A DNA stretch of 64,000 nucleotides from an uncultured Candidatus Saccharibacteria bacterium (lineage in GTDB: Bacteria; Patescibacteriota; Minisyncoccia; Minisyncoccales; Staskawiczbacteraceae). Both the position numbers and the translations under genes were made by a program. This document shows, piece after piece, positions 1 through 8,046 of the stretch. Each line of letters starts with the position of its first letter. Positions within the stretch are counted from its first letter, which is position 1. Location of the stretch: NCBI GenBank assembly GCA_964475855.1, contig CAYZAV010000001.1, positions 143,014 to 207,013 on the forward strand. Reading direction: 5' to 3'. Below the pieces are notes generated by a model. The model ran no database searches, was not told where the DNA came from, and was given only the letters and a program-made list of their open reading frames with translations.

Positions 1-3000
1 TTTCAGGCTCTTTTGCACTTCCCCCATCTTCGTCTTCAACCGCAGATCCAAGTTCATCGCCTTTTCCATCTACTAGCGCAACTTCTGGCTCTTCGGGCGA
101 ATTGTCAGTAGGAAGATTTTCATACTTTTGTTGGTTAACCAATAAACTTTCTATCTTATTAATCAGAACATCCTTTTTGAGAACATTATTAATGTCTTCA
201 AAATATTCTTCAACATCAGGTAATTCTCTACCTTTGGCCGTATCCCTAACAACCCCTCTCCAATATTCTATTTTCTTAACAATATTTTCTACCTTCAAAT
301 CGCCCCTCATCCCTTTTATAATCCTTGCCTTATCTTCATCTCTATTCCGCAAAATTTCGTAAAGTGCCGGAAAGCTACCTGCATTTCCAATGTCAGTTTC
401 CACCTCTGTGTTTAGTTTTTCCCATTTTCTTTGTTCTGCAGCTTCTTCCTGTTGTTGTTGTTCATACTTCTTAGTTCCTTCTGTTTTTCCAAGCAATGTC
501 CATCCTTCTGGGAAAGCCTCGTTCTTAAAATTTTCCCATACAAACCTCGACCAGCGCGCCACTTTTGATTTTAGCTCTTCGTCTTCTTGTTCATCATCTC
601 CCTCCTCTCCTTCGTTAGAATCATCACCATTTTTGCCAACATTTGCCGCGGCGGCCTTTTTGGCATCATTTGACGTTCGTTCAGACGCTAACGGCGATTT
701 TTCTAAAGCACCAGGCTTCGGCCTTCTCGCCTTTTGCCTATCGCTAGCCAACGCCCTCTCTTTTACTTCGTTTTTTAACGCATTCAACTCTTTAAATTCT
801 GCATTAATTTCATCCCACAATCTGCCTTCCACTAACTTATCTTTCTCTGCTTTAAATTGTGCAATTTTTCTTTCAATAGCACTATATTTCGTGCGCAGGT
901 CTGGCCACCCGAACATATCGGTAAACTTATTAATTTCAATCAACATTAACTCCAACTGATTATCAATATCATTTACTGCCTTCGCTTTCTTCTCTACATG
1001 TCGCTGATCTTCTCCGGCAAGATTTATTTTTGGGGAATCCGCACTAGATTCAGCGCTATCAAATGGTCCAGCTAAGTCAAAAGAGCCCGAAGTTAATTCG
1101 CTTGGTTTCGACCCACTCCCACTATCAGAATCAAGACTTAGGTCGAAGTAGCCAGATTCAACTGATGGGATAGGATTATTACTATCTAAACTTAATTCAG
1201 AAGATTGGTTCGGATTGTCTTGGTTTGCGCTAGGATTTTTATCTAAATCTTCTTGGACTGTAAATTCTTCTGGTGGCCCCGGCTCGAAAAACTTTATTAA
1301 CCTATTTAAATTACTATTAATATCCCTATAAATCCATTGATAGGTTGCTGTTTCTGTAAACCCCTCAATAAGCACTCCCTCCTCAAAATCATTAAGATTC
1401 TTAACAATCCCATCGTATATTGGGGTTAGGTATGTTTTATCTATTTCTATCGTATCGCCTTTTTTCTTTGGATTATGAATTCTTACACGTTTTTCCGCTG
1501 GAATGGCATCAATTCTACTATTCATAAGCAGAAGACTATCTCGCATAGCCTTAATAGCAGCTTCCCTTGTCTCCCCCTTTTTCTTAACCCCATCTTCTGT
1601 ATCCAACTCAACTTCACTACCATTTTTTGGATCTTTTGGCGCTATCGGTTTTGACCCATCAGGTTTTTGCAACTCTGGCCTAGGACCAGTACGTTTTGCG
1701 TAAGCGGTTTTACCATTTCCATCTACATATTTAACCACTTGACTATATGGTGCAATAATAGGCTTGACACCTTCTTTATTAAATTCAAGAGAAAGTTCGC
1801 CAGAAGTGCTCATTTGTTCTCTTGCTATTCTTTCATCAAAATTACCGACCTCATCTCTTACAATTACCGAGTCTGCGCTATCTTCAAATTTAGCACTGCC
1901 AACAGCAATCGTCGGAACGCTAATTTCATCTTCCGTTGGCTCGCCCTTTTTCCATTCCCTGAATTCTATTTTTCCAATTTTCTGCTTTATAATTTTTTGG
2001 TTGCCATCTTTATTAAGCACAGGATTTCCATCCATATCAAAAACCCCAAACTCTAGTTCCGTTTCATTCAGTTTGCTTGCTTTAATAGTAGAAGCAAAAT
2101 TTCTAAGTTGCACATATTGCTGTACCAGATTACCTTCGGCATCTTTAGAAAACCGGTACGTTCGCCTACCAGCTACTCTTTTTAATAGCTTATTGATCCT
2201 TGCCTCCCACTCTTCCTTATTTTCCTTTTTTTCTTTCTTTAGCACCTCTCCCAGATTCTTTTTTTCAGGGCCTAATTCTTCCGTTTCATCGCCCTCTTTT
2301 TTCTCCCCCTTTTCAGTAGTTTTTAGATCCCCTGCAATTGGCTTATCCATCTTAAAGGTATCTCCATTCTCACCGAAAACTGCAGGAACTTTCACTGTAG
2401 TTAAATCCTCGCCAGATTTAGGGATTTCAGGTTGTTCTAAATGTTGGTTATAAAAATCAAATTTTTTATCCCAATAGCTATATATTTTTTCCCAACGTTC
2501 TTCAAAATTTCCTATATCTCCAACTTCAAAGCCCGGATCAAAAGATTCCACATCGAAGGCCCGCAACACAGCAATATCATGGTTTAAACCTTCAACGTCT
2601 TGAGGTTTTAGATTTTTCTTTTCAACAAGCGCGGTACACAAAGCTTCTAATCTGATGACTGAAATTTCCACATAACGACGGAATCGTTCCAGCTCTTCCC
2701 TCTCCTTTTCTGCATTCACCTCTCGCGCCGCAGCAATTTCAGGTAACTTTTCCAGTTCTTCCTGTGTCCGCCTCAAAGCTGCTAATTCATTGTCAATATT
2801 TTCGTCGGTTGCTACTTGTTCACCACCTGCAGTAGCAATATTTGGCGCAACTTCAGAGCCCTTGACCACCCCTTCATCTGGAGGAATAATTTGGTCAAAC
2901 AATTTATCTACGAGCTCTTGCGTTTTTGGATCAACAATTTCCGCTTCATTTGTTTGATCAACTTCTACATATCCACCTTCCTCCGCGGAAATTTCCTTCA

Positions 3001-3658
3001 TTTTTTCTAGTTCAGATTCCTTTTTTTCACCAGATGAGTAATAATCCAGTGGCTTCGACGACTTGATTGACTCTTCAATTGAAGTCCTTTTTGCTGCTTT
3101 TCTACTCTCAATAATGGCATATAGCCTATCTTGAGCTTTTTGCAACCGGTCTACCTTTTCTTTAAAATGGGAATTATCTAAATTACCCTTTTTATACTGC
3201 CTTCTTAGTTCCGTAATCCTATCTCCATATGCATCTTTTACGATCTTCTTTTTTGCTATCTTGGCCGCTTCAGGTAAACCTAAAATACCCCTTGCCTCTT
3301 TTTCCGATATTAAAACATCTTCTACTGTTTCTTGCACCCCCTTTCCTGTTTCCGATTCAATATCTTCAGTCGCCGGTTTAGGATTTTTTTCTCGCGAAAG
3401 AGTATCGGGCGCCCCCATATTCTGAAGAGTATCCTTTAGTTCGGTAACAGTTCCGGCGTATATATTATCCGCCGGGAGTTCAGAATTTCCTTGTGGAACG
3501 GGCAGTGCCGACTCTAAAGGTGCAACCGTATCAGGTGCTATCATAGCCTTAATCGTATCCCCTAGCTCAGCAGCATTTTTTACAACCAAATTATCTGCTG
3601 GGACTAAAGAATCTTCAGGTTTTTCTGGAATGTTATTTTCTGCTCGTTTTTCAGCCAT
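1..3658 (-). CDS. Large acidic hypothetical protein, N-terminus complete, C-terminus cut by window edge (at least 1219 codons)
   Basis: ATG at 3658-3656. Hand translation of the minus strand reaches position 2 with no stop. It is absent from the ORF track because it has no stop in the window. The + strand ORFs listed at 102-3010 are S/F/L-rich shadows of it. The product is E/K/D-rich with no TM segment or signal peptide seen, and no family was recognised. Confidence 0.8.
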   Translation of the reverse strand, partial: MAEKRAENNIPEKPEDSLVPADNLVVKNAAELGDTIKAMIAPDTVAPLESALPVPQGNSELPADNIYAGTVTELKDTLQNMGAPDTLSREKNPKPATEDIESETGKGVQETVEDVLISEKEARGILGLPEAAKIAKKKIVKDAYGDRITELRRQYKKGNLDNSHFKEKVDRLQKAQDRLYAIIESRKAAKRTSIEESIKSSKPLDYYSSGEKKESELEKMKEISAEEGGYVEVDQTNEAEIVDPKTQELVDKLFDQIIPPDEGVVKGSEVAPNIATAGGEQVATDENIDNELAALRRTQEELEKLPEIAAAREVNAEKEREELERFRRYVEISVIRLEALCTALVEKKNLKPQDVEGLNHDIAVLRAFDVESFDPGFEVGDIGNFEERWEKIYSYWDKKFDFYNQHLEQPEIPKSGEDLTTVKVPAVFGENGDTFKMDKPIAGDLKTTEKGEKKEGDETEELGPEKKNLGEVLKKEKKENKEEWEARINKLLKRVAGRRTYRFSKDAEGNLVQQYVQLRNFASTIKASKLNETELEFGVFDMDGNPVLNKDGNQKIIKQKIGKIEFREWKKGEPTEDEISVPTIAVGSAKFEDSADSVIVRDEVGNFDERIAREQMSTSGELSLEFNKEGVKPIIAPYSQVVKYVDGNGKTAYAKRTGPRPELQKPDGSKPIAPKDPKNGSEVELDTEDGVKKKGETREAAIKAMRDSLLLMNSRIDAIPAEKRVRIHNPKKKGDTIEIDKTYLTPIYDGIVKNLNDFEEGVLIEGFTETATYQWIYRDINSNLNRLIKFFEPGPPEEFTVQEDLDKNPSANQDNPNQSSELSLDSNNPIPSVESGYFDLSLDSDSGSGSKPSELTSGSFDLAGPFDSAESSADSPKINLAGEDQRHVEKKAKAVNDIDNQLELMLIEINKFTDMFGWPDLRTKYSAIERKIAQFKAEKDKLVEGRLWDEINAEFKELNALKNEVKERALASDRQKARRPKPGALEKSPLASERTSNDAKKAAAANVGKNGDDSNEGEEGDDEQEDEELKSKVARWSRFVWENFKNEAFPEGWTLLGKTEGTKKYEQQQQEEAAEQRKWEKLNTEVETDIGNAGSFPALYEILRNRDEDKARIIKGMRGDLKVENIVKKIEYWRGVVRDTAKGRELPDVEEYFEDINNVLKKDVLINKIESLLVNQQKYENLPTDNSPEEPEVALVDGKGDELGSAVEDEDGGSAKEPE

Positions 3659-3737
3659 GCAATAAATACCTTTAAATTAAATAATTTTACCACGTATATA
3701 AAAACAATACCAAGTACCGTGCCAAACAAACTAACTA

Positions 3738-3766
3738 TTGACAATGCTATATATAAATGATATATA
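3738..3766 (+). promoter_or_regulatory. Sigma70-type promoter, TTGACA-17-TATATA
   Basis: TTGACA at 3738-3743, 17-nt spacer, TATATA at 3761-3766. It lies about 40 nt upstream of the GTG at 3808. Confidence 0.6.
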
Positions 3767-3807
3767 TAAAACATCGCCTCAGCACCTTACTTTTTGGAGG
3801 AATTCCC

Positions 3808-4296
3808 GTGGCCGACGATCAGGTTAAGAAAATTAAAGAGACTGAAGAGTTCAAGATTGGAGGAGCAGTAGACGACGAGCAAAACAAAGACATCAGCAAC
3901 CTCCAATTGCAAATGAAGGAGCAAATGGAAGCTACGCAGGCCTTGGCCAAACAAGTCCAAGATTTGTCTGAAGCCGTCGCCGAGATGGGAAATTTCCGGA
4001 ACGCAATCACCCAGCTCTCAGACCAGCGACAAGCAGACGCTGTCAACATCCAGCGACGCGAAGAGGCCTCACTCAAGGCAGCACATGCGCTTGCAGAACT
4101 GACCAGGGTGATCAAAGAAAGAACTCTGCACTTCAAACAAGTCTTTACCAACGGATTGACTCCTTTGGCGCTGACCAACGAGACCACGGTCAATGGATCT
4201 CAAACGGTACTACCCCCACCAGAATCAATTCTAGTGCTAGAAGACGCCGACGGGGAAGTTCCTGTCACTCAAAGTAACGAAGCAAACAACGCATAG
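3808..4296 (+). CDS. Hypothetical coiled-coil-like protein (162 aa)
   Basis: GTG at 3808 is preceded by GGAGG (3796-3800) with a 7-nt spacing, in frame with track ORF 3757..4296. The upstream ATG at 3757 falls inside the promoter, so it is rejected. Q/E/A-rich; no family recognised. Confidence 0.6.
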   Translation: MADDQVKKIKETEEFKIGGAVDDEQNKDISNLQLQMKEQMEATQALAKQVQDLSEAVAEMGNFRNAITQLSDQRQADAVNIQRREEASLKAAHALAELTRVIKERTLHFKQVFTNGLTPLALTNETTVNGSQTVLPPPESILVLEDADGEVPVTQSNEANNA

Positions 4297-4302
4297 TCCC
4301 AG

Positions 4303-4336
4303 GCCCGAAACCTTTTATGGTTCCGGGCATTTTTTT
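4303..4336 (+). terminator. Rho-independent terminator
   Basis: Stem GCCCGAAACC / GGTTCCGGGC (one mismatch), loop TTTTAT, followed by ATTTTTTT. Confidence 0.7.
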
Positions 4337-4343
4337 ACATCAA

Positions 4344-4368
4344 TTTTGTCCCGCGTAGCGGGACAAAA
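4344..4368. other. Perfect 11-bp stem / 3-nt loop hairpin
   Basis: TTTTGTCCCGC-GTA-GCGGGACAAAA, lying between the terminator and the rpsT promoter. Confidence 0.6.
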
Positions 4369-4381
4369 TAATAGCTAGCTC

Positions 4382-4410
4382 TTGCAGAAAACACATCATT
4401 CTGCTATACT
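4382..4410 (+). promoter_or_regulatory. Promoter TTGCAG-17-TATACT for rpsT
   Basis: TTGCAG at 4382-4387, 17-nt spacer, TATACT at 4405-4410. The ATG is only about 11 nt downstream of the -10, implying a very short leader. Confidence 0.5.
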
Positions 4411-4420
4411 ATTTTTATAT

Positions 4421-4681
4421 ATGGCAATCACCAAATCAGCGAAAAAAGCTATCCGCCAGAACAAGAGGCGCAGGGCCCACAATGTGGTTTATTTGAATGG
4501 AATAAAAAAGCTTCTCAAACAAGCTAAGGATTTTGTGGTGCAAAAGAAAAATAAAGAGGCAAAAGAACTGTTGCCAAAAGTGTACCAGATTTTAGACAAA
4601 GCAGCTAAAGTGGGAATTATCAAAAAAAATACCGCATCACGTAGGAAATCCAGATTAACCAAGTTAATAGAGCGATCCTAA
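4421..4681 (+). CDS. rpsT: 30S ribosomal protein S20
   Basis: MAITKSAKKAIRQNKRRRAHN... is the typical S20 N-terminus. The track start at 4382 (TTG) overlaps the promoter, so the ATG at 4421 is preferred. Confidence 0.9.
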   Translation: MAITKSAKKAIRQNKRRRAHNVVYLNGIKKLLKQAKDFVVQKKNKEAKELLPKVYQILDKAAKVGIIKKNTASRRKSRLTKLIERS

Positions 4682-4710
4682 TCTACGAATTACATCCGAA
4701 TGATCCGAAT

Positions 4711-4736
4711 AAAAAACCGCCTTCTGGCGGTTTTTT
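4711..4736. terminator. Bidirectional rho-independent terminator
   Basis: AAAAAACCGCC-TTCT-GGCGGTTTTTT, lying inside cassette A. Confidence 0.8.
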
Positions 4737-4744
4737 GATTATCC

Positions 4745-5122
4745 TTAATATGACTGCAGGGCGGGATTTAGCACTCTTTTCGGTTTTAAATACGTGCTCC
4801 TAAAATTGACTATTAATCCTAATTCTAAATTACTTCCCGAAAGATACCTTTGCATTTGGAAATAATCTTCTTTAGTAATAAATTTTTTTGCCTTCACATC
4901 AATGATAATCTTGTCATCAATAAGAAAATCAAACCTATTTCCCTTCACTGGTGCATCTGGAATTTCAAACTCTCTTTTATAGGTAATTTGTTTTTCTTTG
5001 AGCACCAATTCCAAAGCATCCGCATATTGCTTTTCACGCAAAAACCGGCCGTGCTTATTTTGGATATCGAAACAAATCCCTGTTAATTCATATGATAATT
5101 GTGCGTGCAATATTCGGGTCAT
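4745..5122 (-). CDS. GxxExxY-family protein (PD-(D/E)XK nuclease fold)
   Basis: 125 aa. GRFLREKQY, DFLIDD...IDVK and LGLIVNF match the family pattern as I recall it (TIGR04256-like). Confidence 0.7.
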   Translation of the reverse strand: MTRILHAQLSYELTGICFDIQNKHGRFLREKQYADALELVLKEKQITYKREFEIPDAPVKGNRFDFLIDDKIIIDVKAKKFITKEDYFQMQRYLSGSNLELGLIVNFRSTYLKPKRVLNPALQSY

Positions 5123-5149
5123 TCGGATGTAATTCGTAAATTAGGATCG

Positions 5150-6085
5150 CTAGATTTGCGACACCAGCAAATCTAAAGCTGTTTCTAATTCTATTTTGCC
5201 GGTTTTAATATCTGAATCAGTTTGGAATATTTTATGATATATTTTTTTTAATTCCTCAAAGCTGAACTGGTGGCACTGCTCATACGTTTTTTTGACCACA
5301 AACGGGTGTAGCCCGCTTTTTTTGACAATAGAGTCATACATCATCCGTTTCTCAGCCAGCTCTTTAACAATTAATAAATTTTTAAACTGGAAGGCAATCA
5401 TACTTAATAGGTACAACACGTTATCACCTTCGTCCAAATGTTTGCGCAGCAGCACCAGCGCCTGCTTTTTATTTTTGTGCGCCAGGGCGTCAATAGTTTT
5501 AAAAATGTCCAGCGCAATACTTGGCCGTACCATTAATTCCACATCTTCTTTTTTAATGGTTACGCCCTTTTTATAATCCGCCAGTTTTTTGATTTCCTGG
5601 TGCAAGCGCCAGCAATCTGGGCCAGTATAGGCCGTCAGCAAATCCAGTGCATCCAAGTTTATTTTTGCGTTCAAAACCTGCAATTCGCTCTGCGCCCAAA
5701 GTTTCAAGTTTTTAGGATCCAGAGACTTGAATTCCTGGCATTTGGCCATTTTAACAAGCTGTTTGAAAATTTTTAACCGCTGGTCAGGTTCTTCATCTTC
5801 ATAGACAACAGTAATATCTTGTAACTCCTGCAGTGTTTTCACCTCTTCTAAAAAATCTTCCTGGAACTGTTTATTGGCAAATAAATTTTTCAGCACCACC
5901 AGCTTTTTTTCAGCAAACATGCCCACCGCCCGGAAGTGTCCGAAAAACTCCGCAAAGTCCGCCTCAATCGCATCCACCCGCATCAAATTCAGCCCGCTTT
6001 TACGAACATTTTTATACTGCCCCACAATCTCATCCAGTTTTTGCTTCGATCTATAACTATCTTGTCCGAATAAAAAAATTATCAT
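5150..6085 (-). CDS. holA: DNA polymerase III delta subunit
   Basis: 311 aa. The MIIFLFGQDSYRSKQKLDEI... N-terminus and overall length are typical of HolA. Confidence 0.8.
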   Translation of the reverse strand: MIIFLFGQDSYRSKQKLDEIVGQYKNVRKSGLNLMRVDAIEADFAEFFGHFRAVGMFAEKKLVVLKNLFANKQFQEDFLEEVKTLQELQDITVVYEDEEPDQRLKIFKQLVKMAKCQEFKSLDPKNLKLWAQSELQVLNAKINLDALDLLTAYTGPDCWRLHQEIKKLADYKKGVTIKKEDVELMVRPSIALDIFKTIDALAHKNKKQALVLLRKHLDEGDNVLYLLSMIAFQFKNLLIVKELAEKRMMYDSIVKKSGLHPFVVKKTYEQCHQFSFEELKKIYHKIFQTDSDIKTGKIELETALDLLVSQI

Positions 6086-6093
6086 GGGTCGCA

Positions 6094-6530
6094 GTTATAA
6101 AGTTTGTAAAGTTATAAAGTTCATAAAGTCCTGTGCCATAATCTTATAAAGTTTTTATTAAGCCTGAAATCATCCGAGATATTTCCTTAGACAAAGAATT
6201 TATTTTTTCAAATTCTTCTCTTGAAACATAATTTAAGTCTACTGCAGTATATGACATTGATCTTACCTCTGAACAAGAACCTTTGGCAATATACAAAAAT
6301 CTAATAAACTCTTTATTTCCCATTCTTTCGAATCCTTCTGCGATATTATTACCAACACTAACTGTTGCCCTTTTGATTTGGTCACAAAAACTAAAATCTC
6401 TGTTATTTTTAAATAACGCATATATTAGTACTGCCAATTGCCTGCTTTTTTGCCAAGCAACAATATCTTCAAATTTTTCGAATTTCATTTTAGAACTTTA
6501 TAACTTTACAAACTTTATGAACTTTATAAC
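6094..6530. mobile_element. IR-bounded cassette B carrying a four-helix-bundle gene
   Basis: Flanks 6094-6130 and 6493-6530 are built from the same 8-11-nt units (GTTATAAAGTT, TGTAAAGTT, ATAAAGTT, CATAAAGT) in inverted orientation with permuted order. The cassette occupies the whole mutM-holA spacer. Confidence 0.6.
6144..6488 (-). CDS. Four-helix-bundle protein (23S rRNA intervening-sequence protein family)
   Basis: FEDIVAWQKS...NNIAEGFER...KGSCSEV matches the family pattern. Confidence 0.85.
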   Translation of the reverse strand: MKFEKFEDIVAWQKSRQLAVLIYALFKNNRDFSFCDQIKRATVSVGNNIAEGFERMGNKEFIRFLYIAKGSCSEVRSMSYTAVDLNYVSREEFEKINSLSKEISRMISGLIKTL

Positions 6531-7405
6531 TATAGCACCTGACATTTCGGGCAATAGAATGCGCTTCGGGCGGCGATTACTTTGCGCACAATAATCGCTT
6601 TACACCGGGAACAATTCTTGCCTTCCATTTGATATGCTTTTTTATGACCTTCGAAATTGCCCTTATTACCATCAACATCACGGTAATCAGAAAAGCTGTC
6701 TCCACCAAAATCTATGCCAGCGTTGAGTACTTTTTTAATATATTTATAGAGCAACTGTAATTCTTGCCTACTTAAATTTTCTGCCCGCTTTTCAGGGTGG
6801 AGACGCGCCCACCATAGCGCCTCGCTGGCATAAATATTACCAATGCCGGCAATCACAAATGGATCCATTATGACTTGCTTTATCTTTCCGCGTTTTTTGG
6901 AAACAATAGCCGCAAACTTTTCAAACGTGAAATTATTTTCCAGCGGTTCAGGCCCTATTTTCTTAAATTCCGGCGACACCAACAGTTCGTCCGTTTTCCA
7001 TAATTCAACCTTGGCAAATTTGCGCATATCAGAAAGCGCAATCATGTCGCCATTATCCAAAAAGAATATTATGTGCAAAAATCCATTTATCCGTTCGCGC
7101 AACGGGCCTTCGTCAGCCGACACCCATGTTCCATGCTTCATGTTCCATGTTCCATGAAGAAAGTGTCCCGTCATTTTCATATGCACTAACAAAGAATATC
7201 CGTCTGACAATTCAAATATGACATTTTTCGCCCGACGCCAAACGCGGATAATTTTCTTGCCCTTCAATTCTTTTTTAAACTGCGTAAACGGCCGCGGCCG
7301 TTTCACCATCTTTTCCCAATCGCACCACACATCAACAAAGGCCCGGTTAAGGACCTTTGCTTGTAACCCATTGACGGTGGTTTGTACTTCAGGTAGTTCC
7401 GGCAT
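6530..7405 (-). CDS. mutM: Formamidopyrimidine-DNA glycosylase
   Basis: MPELPEV N-terminus (catalytic Pro2) and a C-terminal zinc finger CSRC...CPKC. The track start at 7513 adds 36 spurious residues. Confidence 0.9.
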   Translation of the reverse strand: MPELPEVQTTVNGLQAKVLNRAFVDVWCDWEKMVKRPRPFTQFKKELKGKKIIRVWRRAKNVIFELSDGYSLLVHMKMTGHFLHGTWNMKHGTWVSADEGPLRERINGFLHIIFFLDNGDMIALSDMRKFAKVELWKTDELLVSPEFKKIGPEPLENNFTFEKFAAIVSKKRGKIKQVIMDPFVIAGIGNIYASEALWWARLHPEKRAENLSRQELQLLYKYIKKVLNAGIDFGGDSFSDYRDVDGNKGNFEGHKKAYQMEGKNCSRCKAIIVRKVIAARSAFYCPKCQVL

Positions 7406-8024
7406 CTTCCCTTGGCTCGCCCAAGTTTTCAGTAGGGGCGGTTTCCACGCTTTTCGGCTTTCGTTTGCGCTCCACCTTTTTCTCCAACTGTTCCCGAAGC
7501 TCCACAAGTTCACCCCTCAACCCCGCCGTTTCCGTGTCGCGGTTTTTTGCATCCTGTTGGAATTTCTCCACACTTAAGGCTAGGCGCTCAAGCTCCATGG
7601 TCCTGTTTTTGATTTTTTGCTCTAGAGCTTCGATAGTTTCCTCCAAGGCCCCGGTCCTTGCCTTTACTTTCATATCAACCGACCGCTCCAGGGTCTGGGT
7701 TTCGTTTTTGCTTTCTTCAAATTCTTCAGCAATTTTGTTGAACACCCTGGCCAATTCCCCAATCTCATCCTTGCTTTCAGAATAAAACCGGCTTTTTAAA
7801 TCCCCTTTACTTAAACCATCGGCACGCTGCAACAACTTCTTGATCGGCACGGCAAAGTTTTGGCCCGTGGCAAATCCGAATAAAAAAATGTACACAATTA
7901 ACAAGCCAAGAATAATATAAAAATTAATATTGAGCGTTTCATAATTTAAGGCGATAAACGCCACGATAATGAAAAGCCCCGCAATGATAATAGGATACGC
8001 AATTTTAAAAGATAGCTTAGGCAT
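7389..8024 (-). CDS. Membrane protein with two TM segments, a HAMP domain and a coiled coil, no output domain
   Basis: Two N-terminal hydrophobic segments, a HAMP-like PIKKLLQRADGLSKGDL...DEIGELARVFNKIAEE, then an E/K-rich coil. Its 3' end overlaps the mutM start by 17 nt. Confidence 0.6.
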   Translation of the reverse strand: MPKLSFKIAYPIIIAGLFIIVAFIALNYETLNINFYIILGLLIVYIFLFGFATGQNFAVPIKKLLQRADGLSKGDLKSRFYSESKDEIGELARVFNKIAEEFEESKNETQTLERSVDMKVKARTGALEETIEALEQKIKNRTMELERLALSVEKFQQDAKNRDTETAGLRGELVELREQLEKKVERKRKPKSVETAPTENLGEPREDAGTT

Positions 8025-8046
8025 GGCTTGATTATATCAAATTGGA

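Larger units (their letters stand above)
4671..5151. mobile_element. IR-bounded cassette A (41-bp arms, 39/41) carrying a GxxExxY gene
   Basis: Left arm 4671-4711 equals the reverse complement of right arm 5111-5151 except at 4683 and 4704. The cassette fills the space between the rpsT and holA stop codons. Confidence 0.75.

Noticed and set aside
102-3010. Seven + strand ORFs in the track (86-229 aa) with S/F/L/P-rich low-complexity translations.
   Set aside because: They lie antisense to the single long open minus-strand frame (1-3658). Their compositions are typical of shadow frames of an E/K-rich gene.
3819-4193. 124-aa minus-strand ORF antisense to 3808..4296.
   Set aside because: It is a shadow ORF favoured by the locally high G+C. 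It has no promoter or RBS, whereas the + strand gene has a promoter, RBS and terminator.
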